Source of the DNA: Puniceicoccales bacterium
Lineage (GTDB): Bacteria > Verrucomicrobiota > Verrucomicrobiia > Opitutales > UBA9783
Length of the DNA stretch: 64,000 nucleotides
Direction of reading: 5' to 3'
NCBI GenBank assembly: GCA_031266455.1
Contig: JAISBA010000004.1
Coordinates: 9,814 to 73,813 of the forward strand
Below the pieces are notes generated by a model, which was not told the DNA's origin, did no database searches, and saw only the letters and a list, made by a program, of their open reading frames with translations. A program made the position numbers and the translations under genes. This document shows, piece by piece, positions 29,249 through 35,726 of the stretch; positions within the stretch are counted from its first letter, which is position 1; each line of letters opens with the position of its first letter.

Positions 29249-30711
29249 AGATTCGGAATTTTAAGGTTAAAGGGATGATGCTTTTCAAATGTGTACGCCA
29301 TCGACAACAAAGTTGTTTCTTCCCACGGTTTTCCAATGAGCTGGCATCCTATGGGTAACCCTCTATTGGTAAAACCGCACGGAAAAGAAATTGCAGGTAA
29401 TCCAGCCAAATTAACGGAAATTGTATAAAGGTCGCTCAAGTACATTGCCAATGGATCGCTCGTCTTTTCTCCTTTTTTAAAAGCCGGCACAGGTGAAGTA
29501 GGTGTCACTAAGACATCTACTTCCGCGAATGCACGCATAAAATCATTGTAAATAAGCCGCCTTACTTTTTGAGCTTTGCCGTAAAACGCGTCGTAGTAAC
29601 CACTACTAAGGACGTAAGTTCCCAATAAGATGCGACGCTTAACCTCTTCACCTAACCCTTCGCTCCTGGACTGATCGTAAACTTCATCAATATTCTTTGC
29701 ACGTGGACTACGATAAGTGTAACGAATGCCATCGTAACGGGCTAAATTGGAAGATGCTTCAGCGGTGGCGATGATATAGTAAACGGGAATCGCATATTCC
29801 AGGGAGGTTAAATGAACCGGTTTTACAATGTACCCTTGAGCTTCATAAAAATGAATTGCCTTTTCAACCGAAGATTTTACTTCCGAATCCAAGCCTTCTC
29901 CAAAATACTCTTCCGGAACTCCCAATATCCATTTTTTCCCTTCACTGGACTGTACAGCGGCTAAGTAATCCGGAACATGCATGCGTGCACACGTCGAATC
30001 TTTAGGATCGGCTCCCGATAAAACTTGCAAAAGGGCCGCAACCCCTCCTGCGGTGCGCGCCAACGGACCCGCTTGGTCCAATGAGCTTGCATAGGCAACC
30101 ATTCCATAGCGACTGATGCATCCGTAAGAAGGCTTCAATCCTACAACTCCGCACATGGAAGCCGGCTGACGGACAGATCCCCCCGTATCCGTTCCCAATG
30201 ACAAAGAGACCTCGCCTGCGGCAACGGCAGCCGCACTTCCAGAACTACTACCCCCCGGGACTCTATCTAAGTCCCACGGATTACTCGTCACTTGAAAAGC
30301 AGAATTCTCGGAAGAAGAGCCCATGGCAAATTCATCCATATTAAGTCTTCCCCACAAAACAGCTCCGGCATCCTTTAATTTTTTCACCACGGTTGCATCA
30401 TAGGGACTCACAAAATGTTCCAATATACGACTTCCACAGGTCAAACGTTGACCTTTTTCGGCAAAAATATCCTTAAGTCCCACCGGCACACCGTCTAGTC
30501 TACCGAGACTTTGTCCTCTGGAACGACGCACATCGGATGCTTCAGCTTCAGCAAGCGTCTTTTTTTCATCAAAATTCAAAAATGCCTTTAGGGATTTATC
30601 AATCGCGTACGTGCGTGCGATGAAAGCCTTTGTTAACTCAACGGATGAGAATTGTTTTTTCTCCAATCCCTCACTTAATTGTTCAAACGTACCCCAAATA
30701 AGGTTTTCCAT
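29245..30711 (-). CDS. gatA: Glutamyl-tRNA(Gln) amidotransferase subunit A
   Basis: Amidase signature GGSSSGSAAAVAAG and GTDTGGSVRQPAS. Confidence 0.95.
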   Translation of the reverse strand: MENLIWGTFEQLSEGLEKKQFSSVELTKAFIARTYAIDKSLKAFLNFDEKKTLAEAEASDVRRSRGQSLGRLDGVPVGLKDIFAEKGQRLTCGSRILEHFVSPYDATVVKKLKDAGAVLWGRLNMDEFAMGSSSENSAFQVTSNPWDLDRVPGGSSSGSAAAVAAGEVSLSLGTDTGGSVRQPASMCGVVGLKPSYGCISRYGMVAYASSLDQAGPLARTAGGVAALLQVLSGADPKDSTCARMHVPDYLAAVQSSEGKKWILGVPEEYFGEGLDSEVKSSVEKAIHFYEAQGYIVKPVHLTSLEYAIPVYYIIATAEASSNLARYDGIRYTYRSPRAKNIDEVYDQSRSEGLGEEVKRRILLGTYVLSSGYYDAFYGKAQKVRRLIYNDFMRAFAEVDVLVTPTSPVPAFKKGEKTSDPLAMYLSDLYTISVNLAGLPAISFPCGFTNRGLPIGCQLIGKPWEETTLLSMAYTFEKHHPFNLKIPNL

Positions 30712-30712
30712 G

Positions 30713-31003
30713 CTATAAAACCCGTGGGACTACAATTTGTTTTTCTTTCATTTCCGGAGCGTTGCGAGATAAAAAATCAACGCCATCTTCGGGGTATTCC
30801 GGAATATCTTCGGCCCAAAAATTACCCTCGTGAGAAAAAGAATGCACCCTCGGTTCTAAATTTTCCACACCTGCTTCGCATACCTTTGAACAGTATCCAA
30901 CAATATCTTGCAATTGATTTAAAAACGTTTCACGCTTATGCCCGTCGAGCTCAATACGGGCTAACTTAGCCAAATGATCGATATCGATCTCCGAATGCAT
31001 CAT
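30713..31003 (-). CDS. gatC: Asp/Glu-tRNA amidotransferase subunit C
   Basis: 96 aa with IDHLAKLARIEL (GatC N-terminal pattern). It sits immediately upstream of gatA, and its start overlaps the pheT stop by 4 nt. Confidence 0.85.
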   Translation of the reverse strand: MMHSEIDIDHLAKLARIELDGHKRETFLNQLQDIVGYCSKVCEAGVENLEPRVHSFSHEGNFWAEDIPEYPEDGVDFLSRNAPEMKEKQIVVPRVL

Positions 31004-33414
31004 ACAGCCTGCTTTCTTATTTGATAGGTATAATCTTTTTCCAAACAGCCCTGCAATTTTTCAAAAACATCGTTCACTTGCTCATCCGTCAGGGTTCCCA
31101 TATGTGAATCAAATACGAGTGAAAATGCAAGACTTTTTTTCTTACTATGTGTCGTATCATAGAAAACGTCAAAAATGTTTACACATTTCAATTGCATCGG
31201 ATGTTGCATGATTTTTCGAACCGATTTTTCAATATTTTGGCGCACCGCCTCAGCCAATGTATCCGCGTCTACCAACAGAGCTAAGTCCTTACGCACAGCG
31301 GGGTATTCCGAATAGATCTGAAACCATTTGTGATCTTTTATGTGTAGTTTGTCAGGCATCCAACAACATTCGCCCGCCAAAACAACCGCTTCTTTAAACC
31401 ATCGACGCGTAAAATTTAAATTCACGTATCCAAAATTGGCTTCAAAGCCGCGCTGTTCCCATGCACCTACGTTTCCGGCGTAATCTTTCTGCCACAAGGC
31501 ATCCACCTGTTTTGTAGTACTTTGCATTACTTCGTTCGTCCCCCCACAAGCCACCATCATCGAACGCACCCATGCCTGCGCATCGTAAAAGTCAAATGAA
31601 GGGACTTCCTTCCACCGTTTAACGTCGGCCGGACATACCACGAACGCACTCGCAAACAACTCGCATAATTGGCCATCCTTTTGAACTCGGAATATGCGGC
31701 CCGATTCAAATAAACGTTCCACATCGTTGCCGTGGTGTCTGTTATCGCACAAAGCATTCAACAGTCCCGGAATGAGAGAAAAACGTAAACATGCATGCTC
31801 AGCACTTAACGGATTGAATACCTTCAATGCTTCTTTCGGTATTAAATTTTCGCCCAAAGAAGCCGGTTGCAAACTATCCGTGTAGCATTCTAAAAATCCG
31901 TGTGCGGATAAAAGTTGCGCGTGTCTCTTTTTCAAGAGATATGTATTTGAAGTACTCAGGCAACATGCGGGACCTTCAGGCATTTTAGAAGGGATAGAGT
32001 CGGTTCCAAACAAACGCAGAAACTCTTCAACCAAATCCACTCCCTGCGCAACATCGGCCCGATGGGTAGGGATTGCTACTTCCCAATGTTCATTGTCACA
32101 AGGTACAACCTCAAAACCTAATTTTTTTAGGGTGTCGACAAAAAATTTCGGATCCACATGAAAACCTAACAATCTTTCCACCTGAGAAAATTCAAATTTT
32201 ACTTTACGCAACGAAACGGCATCGGATCCCGCAACCACACACTGCTCGCATACAATTTTATCGTCCATGGATAACAATAATTGGACGGCCCTGCACAAAG
32301 CTTCTCGCGCATGCGTTTTATCCACGTAGCGTTCAAAGCGGTAGGAGCTATCTGAACTTAAATCCAATTTGCGAGAGGACATGCGTATACTATCCGCTTG
32401 AAAATGAGCACTTTCCAAAAAAACAGTCGTTGTGGTTGTTTTAATTTCACTTTCCTCACCTCCCATAATACCCGCAATCGCTAATGGCTTATCGCGGTCT
32501 GCAACAAGTAAAGTATTTTCCGGCAAAGACCTCGTAACTCCATCCAACGTTCTAATACATTCTCCCATACGCGCACCCCGTACACAAATACGATCCCCGC
32601 GTATGAGATCCCAATCAAAAGCGTGTAACGGTTGACCTCTTTCCAAGAGTACAAAATTGGTCACATCGACCACGTTATTAACGGGACGTAAGCCCACCGA
32701 TTGCAGTGTATTTTTCAACCAATCCGGACTAGGCCCTACGTGCACGTTTTTCAAAAGGCAACCCGCATAATAATCGCATCCATCCGAATTGAGTTCCACC
32801 GATATATTTTTTATGGGAGGCAAATCCAGCAAACATTCGGGATAAATAATGGGTAAATCCAGCGCAGCACTCAATTCTCTCGCTATTCCCAAATAACTTA
32901 AACAATCCCCACGATTTGAGGTAATGGATAGATCCATAACCGTATCGCTTTGATCCACAAAAAGCTTTGCCAAAGGCTCTCCCACATTTGGATGCAAGTC
33001 ATTGAGAATGTACAAACCTGCACTCTCCTTACCCAACCCCAATTCGTTGGCACTGCACATCATACCGCAAGATTCAACATCTCGTATGCGTGTCTTTTTT
33101 AAAAGGGTCTCTCCCAATTGCGCACCCGGTAAAGCAACGGGGACCACATCTCCTTCTTTAAAATTTGTCGCTCCGCAAACAATTTGCAACGAACGATTTC
33201 GCCCAATATCTACCTCACAAACACTTAGTCGATCGGCATGGGGATGTTTTTCCTTTTTTAGAACACGACCTACAACCAAATCACCCTTGCCGCAATATCC
33301 AATCGCCTCCACATTTTCTACTTCGAAACCCAGTCCTATCAAGATTTCGCACAATTCCATCGAAGACTGCTTAAAATGGACATACCATCTTAAGGTATTT
33401 AAAGCGATTTTCAT
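31000..33414 (-). CDS. pheT: Phenylalanine--tRNA ligase beta subunit
   Basis: 804 aa. It has an N-terminal tRNA-binding (EMAP/OB) domain with VVGRVLKKEKHPHADRLSVCEVDIG, B3/4 and B5 regions, and a C-terminal FDX-ACB-like domain. No pheS is adjacent. Confidence 0.9.
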   Translation of the reverse strand: MKIALNTLRWYVHFKQSSMELCEILIGLGFEVENVEAIGYCGKGDLVVGRVLKKEKHPHADRLSVCEVDIGRNRSLQIVCGATNFKEGDVVPVALPGAQLGETLLKKTRIRDVESCGMMCSANELGLGKESAGLYILNDLHPNVGEPLAKLFVDQSDTVMDLSITSNRGDCLSYLGIARELSAALDLPIIYPECLLDLPPIKNISVELNSDGCDYYAGCLLKNVHVGPSPDWLKNTLQSVGLRPVNNVVDVTNFVLLERGQPLHAFDWDLIRGDRICVRGARMGECIRTLDGVTRSLPENTLLVADRDKPLAIAGIMGGEESEIKTTTTTVFLESAHFQADSIRMSSRKLDLSSDSSYRFERYVDKTHAREALCRAVQLLLSMDDKIVCEQCVVAGSDAVSLRKVKFEFSQVERLLGFHVDPKFFVDTLKKLGFEVVPCDNEHWEVAIPTHRADVAQGVDLVEEFLRLFGTDSIPSKMPEGPACCLSTSNTYLLKKRHAQLLSAHGFLECYTDSLQPASLGENLIPKEALKVFNPLSAEHACLRFSLIPGLLNALCDNRHHGNDVERLFESGRIFRVQKDGQLCELFASAFVVCPADVKRWKEVPSFDFYDAQAWVRSMMVACGGTNEVMQSTTKQVDALWQKDYAGNVGAWEQRGFEANFGYVNLNFTRRWFKEAVVLAGECCWMPDKLHIKDHKWFQIYSEYPAVRKDLALLVDADTLAEAVRQNIEKSVRKIMQHPMQLKCVNIFDVFYDTTHSKKKSLAFSLVFDSHMGTLTDEQVNDVFEKLQGCLEKDYTYQIRKQAV

Positions 33415-33422
33415 GCCTCGAA

Positions 33423-33451
33423 AGTAAAATCTTTGAGAACAATTTTGTCAA
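33423..33451 (-). promoter_or_regulatory. Candidate sigma70-type promoter for pheT-gatCAB (TTGACA-N17-TTTACT)
   Basis: The minus strand reads cgcgTTGACAaaattgttctcaaagatTTTACTttcgaggcATG. The -35 is a perfect consensus and belongs to repeat U. The -10 is weak (4/6) and lies only 8 nt from the ATG, implying a near-leaderless mRNA. Sequence-pattern call only. Confidence 0.3.
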
Positions 33452-33494
33452 CGCGAATTTAAATTGTAAACTATTCGAAAATTTCCTAATCAAC
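33445..33494 (-). repeat. Repeat 'U' copy 1 (50 bp); other copies at 33843-33894 and 35675-35726
   Basis: Copy 1 is ttgtcaacgcgaatttaaattgtaaactattcgaaaatttcctaatcaac. Copy 3 is ttgtcaacgcgaatttaaatcgtaaactattcgaaaatttcccaatcaac. Copy 2 is ttgtcaacgtgaatttaaatcgcaaaccactcgaaagttttccaatcaat. Confidence 0.85.
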
Positions 33495-33533
33495 TAAAAA
33501 ACACTCCTGTACAGTTGAAAACCTCTCTATAAT

Positions 33534-33567
33534 TCAAAAAACAAACCCTACAAAAGATGTAGGGTTT
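33534..33567 (-). terminator. Rho-independent terminator downstream of the frameshifted Cys/His-rich paralogue
   Basis: The minus strand reads AAACCCTACA-TCTTT-TGTAGGGTTT followed by GTTTTTT. It is the homologue of the 27020-27053 hairpin, with a compensated stem change (G:C to A:T). Confidence 0.7.
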
Positions 33568-33589
33568 ATAAATCTTGTAAGCCTTCACA

Positions 33590-33776
33590 TTACCTATTCG
33601 GGCAACCAGGCCTATGATGTCCTCCACGTTCACCACACTGTGAGCACATACGATCAGGACAAATTGCTTTCATTATGCCCATCGTGACCACAATAGGGAC
33701 ATGTCATAGCCATTCCTGGCAGTGTCGCCATTAATTTAAATGCAACTAAATAAAGATATTTTTTCATATGGCTCAT
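33590..33776 (-). pseudogene. Frameshifted two-unit paralogue of the Cys/His-rich zinc-knuckle-like family
   Basis: My translation gives (MSH)MKKYLYLVAFKLMATLPGMAMTCPYCGHDGHNESNLS* and then, in another frame, CPDRMCSQCGERGGHHRPGCPNR*. Removing one T from the run at 33661-33663 (gene strand AATTTG) restores CPYCGHDGHNESNC, an exact CX2CX4HX4C unit, and one continuous ORF. The length is not a multiple of 3. Confidence 0.7.
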
Positions 33777-33819
33777 TCTGTTAATCTTTTTAATATTAGC
33801 AAGCTTTCTATTAATCTTT

Positions 33820-33849
33820 TTTATAGATTACTTTTTACTTACTTGTCAA
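33820..33849 (-). promoter_or_regulatory. Candidate promoter TTGACA-N18-TATAAA of the frameshifted paralogue
   Basis: On the minus strand, TTGACA is at 33849..33844 and TATAAA at 33825..33820. The spacing and boxes are the same as the 35652-35681 copy. Confidence 0.45.
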
Positions 33850-33894
33850 CGTGAATTTAAATCGCAAACCACTCGAAAGTTTTCCAATCAATTT

Positions 33895-33954
33895 CTACCA
33901 ACGAATACGAACACATCCATTCTGACCCACTAAACGTTCTTGCGTCTTGTAATC
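33895..33954 (-). pseudogene. 60-bp fossil copy of the 3' end of the 35727-37625 gene
   Basis: The reverse complement translates to DYKTQERLVGQNGCVRIRW*. The intact gene ends DYKTQERLAGQNGCVRIRW*. It directly follows repeat U copy 2, as in the intact locus. Confidence 0.85.
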
Positions 33955-34040
33955 AATTGGGAAAAATGACCTAGTCCACTGGAAAATGTAAAACAATACG
34001 GGTTATAGGTCAAAAATTCTTCAAACGAACATACGTCCAA
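33951..34040 (-). pseudogene. About 90-bp fossil copy of the 5' end of the M16 peptidase gene (source 26868-26959)
   Basis: The reverse complement TTGGACGTATGTTCGTTTGAAGAATTTTTGACCTATAACCCGTATTGTTTTACATTTTCCAGTGGACT... matches M16 TTGGATATGTGTTCATTTGAAGAATTTTTGATCTATCATCCGTGTTGCTTTGCACTTTCCAATGGACT... The ATG is lost (ATATGT to GTATGT) and there are indels further in. Confidence 0.8.
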
Positions 34041-34112
34041 CTTGTTTTATTGTCTCAAAAAAACCAGTACTGTACAGCTAAAAACCTCCTTTTATAAATT
34101 TTGTAAGCCTTA

Positions 34113-34511
34113 TTACCTATTCGGACACCTAGGCTTATGGTTTCCTCCAAATTTACCACACTGCGGACACTTCGAATTCGGGTGAGTACAATCTCTTGCA
34201 TTATGGTTTCCTTCACAATATGGACATGTATAGCGAGAACACCTAGGCTTATGGTTTCCTCCAAATTTACCACACTGCGGACACATCGAATTTAGATGAA
34301 TACAAGCTCTTGCATCATGGATTTTTCCACAATATGAACATGTAAAGCGAGGACACCTAGGCATATGGTTTCCTCCAAGTTTACCACACTGCGGACACTT
34401 TGAATTCGGATGGACACAAAATTCTGCAGCATGTGTTCCTCCACAATATGGACATGTATAGCGAGAACACCTAGGCTTATGGTTTCCTCCAAATTCAAAA
34501 CACTCTGGACA
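34113..34511 (-). repeat. Intragenic tandem repeat, 114-bp (38-aa) period, about 3.5 copies
   Basis: The protein units are CPECFEFGGNHKPRCSRYTCPYCGGTHAAEFCVHPNSK, CPQCGKLGGNHMPRCPRFTCSYCGKIHDARACIHLNSM, CPQCGKFGGNHKPRCSRYTCPYCEGNHNARDCTHPNSK and CPQCGKFGGNHKPRCPNR*. The DNA motif acacctaggcttatggtttcctccaaatttaccacactgcggaca recurs every 114 bp. Confidence 0.9.
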
Positions 34512-35546
34512 CATCGAATGGACGCAAACTCCCGCAGCATGCCTTTCTTGATCACAATATGGGCATATATAATGAGGACAACAGGGCATATGTCCAACTT
34601 CACCGCACTGCGGACACATGTAGCCCGGACTATTTGGACAATCCGGCCTATGGTTTCTTCCAAATTCACCACACTGCCGACACTTACTTATTGGACAATC
34701 GAACACATGAAATCCTGCCATGGGCCTAAGGCAATGCGGACACATGGGCTCACCGTAGTATGGGTAAATCGGACACCCGCGCACATGAGGTCCTGTCATG
34801 AGAACACGACAATGCGGACATATGGACACCTTGTCGTGTAGGCAGCTCGGACACCCGGATGCATGAGGTCCTGCCATGGGAATATGACAACTCGAACACA
34901 TGGACACATTGTAGTATGGGCAATCGGGCGTATGAGGTCCTGTCATGGGCTCAAGGCAATGCGGACATTCGCGATTAGGATCATTCGGACAATCCGGTAT
35001 ATGTCTTTCCGATATGGGAACATGACAACGCCGACACATGAGCACATTGTAGTATGGGCAATCGAGCGCATGAGGTCCTGTCATGGGCTCAAGACAATGC
35101 GGACATTTGCGATTAGGATCATTCGGGCAATCCGGTATATGACTTCCCAATATAGGAATATTACACTGCTGGCATATCGGATTAGGATAATCAGGACAAT
35201 CTCTTACATTATGAATTTCTCCACAATGTGAACATGTACAGTCAGGACAAGCAGGCCAATGGTTTCCTCCAGATCTACCACAGTACGAACATCTTGAACA
35301 AGTATTCATTCTTTCATGATCTTTCGGATATTCATAGGAAAGATAATCGGACCTATGGCTTTTATAGGAAAGACAATTGAAACTATAGCTTTCTTTATGG
35401 CCACCACAGTGCGAACATCTTGCATTTGGATGGGCACAATCCCTTGCCTCATGCCCTCTTTGACCACAATACGGACACGCATAGTTAGGACAACAGTGCT
35501 TATGGTTAGGTACACATTCACCACAATGCGGACATACTTCAGCCAT
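34113..35546 (-). CDS. Giant Cys/His-rich array of about 24 CX2C...H...C zinc-knuckle-like units (477 aa); leader start codons lost, possibly decaying or cytoplasmic
   Basis: The intact 477-codon ORF has 72 Cys by my hand count. It includes exact CX2CX4HX4C units (CPYCGQRGHEARDC), CX2CX6HX3C units (CPQCGKFGGNHKPRC) and CX2CX7HX3C units (CPHCLEPMTGPHALDC). It ends in CPNR like both paralogues. The region homologous to the signal peptide is in frame upstream but both ATGs are ATA. Confidence 0.6.
   Translation of the reverse strand: MAEVCPHCGECVPNHKHCCPNYACPYCGQRGHEARDCAHPNARCSHCGGHKESYSFNCLSYKSHRSDYLSYEYPKDHERMNTCSRCSYCGRSGGNHWPACPDCTCSHCGEIHNVRDCPDYPNPICQQCNIPILGSHIPDCPNDPNRKCPHCLEPMTGPHALDCPYYNVLMCRRCHVPISERHIPDCPNDPNRECPHCLEPMTGPHTPDCPYYNVSMCSSCHIPMAGPHASGCPSCLHDKVSICPHCRVLMTGPHVRGCPIYPYYGEPMCPHCLRPMAGFHVFDCPISKCRQCGEFGRNHRPDCPNSPGYMCPQCGEVGHMPCCPHYICPYCDQERHAAGVCVHSMCPECFEFGGNHKPRCSRYTCPYCGGTHAAEFCVHPNSKCPQCGKLGGNHMPRCPRFTCSYCGKIHDARACIHLNSMCPQCGKFGGNHKPRCSRYTCPYCEGNHNARDCTHPNSKCPQCGKFGGNHKPRCPNR
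34899..35174 (-). repeat. Intragenic tandem repeat, 138-bp (46-aa) period, 2 copies
   Basis: CQQCNIPILGSHIPDCPNDPNRKCPHCLEPMTGPHALDCPYYNVLM is followed by CRRCHVPISERHIPDCPNDPNRECPHCLEPMTGPHTPDCPYYNVSM. The C..CHVP.S..H.P.CPNDP signature is shared with the 139-aa paralogue. Confidence 0.9.
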
Positions 35547-35651
35547 TCCTGGCAGTGTCGCTATTAATTCAAATGCAACTAAATAAAGATACCTTTTTAT
35601 GCCGTCTATTTTGTTAGCTTTTCTAATATTAGTAAGCTTTTTGTTAATCTT

Positions 35652-35681
35652 TTTATAAATTATTTTTTACTTATTTGTCAA
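35652..35681 (-). promoter_or_regulatory. Candidate promoter TTGACA-N18-TATAAA upstream of the 477-aa Cys/His-rich gene
   Basis: The minus strand reads cgcgTTGACAaataagtaaaaaataattTATAAAaag. The -35 is at 35681..35676 and the -10 at 35657..35652. It is conserved in the 33.8-kb copy. Confidence 0.45.
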
Positions 35682-35726
35682 CGCGAATTTAAATCGTAAA
35701 CTATTCGAAAATTTCCCAATCAACTT

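Noticed and set aside
34113-34511. Regularly spaced 114-bp direct repeats that could superficially suggest a CRISPR-like or satellite array.
   Set aside because: The repeats are contiguous with no unique spacers. They lie inside an open reading frame and are in phase with codons (38-aa units). No cas genes are present.
34055-35567. Six further long ORFs over the Cys/His-rich gene: minus-strand alternative frames 34055-34273, 34292-34672 and 35306-35524 (MVNLEETISLGV... repeats), and plus-strand 34410-34841, 34863-35231 and 35316-35567 (MRSCHG... repeats).
   Set aside because: They are shadows of one repetitive, compositionally biased coding frame. Only the CxxC...H...C frame is shared with the two paralogues, ends at the conserved CPNR stop and is flanked by the conserved promoter and terminator segments. 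The alternative frames have no start context and merely inherit the periodicity.
33415-35726. Possible insertion sequence or transposon as the vehicle of the duplicated cassette.
   Set aside because: I could find no transposase, integrase or recombinase ORF, no terminal inverted repeats and no target-site duplication. The flanking 'U' copies are 50-bp direct repeats of local intergenic sequence, which fits segmental duplication better.
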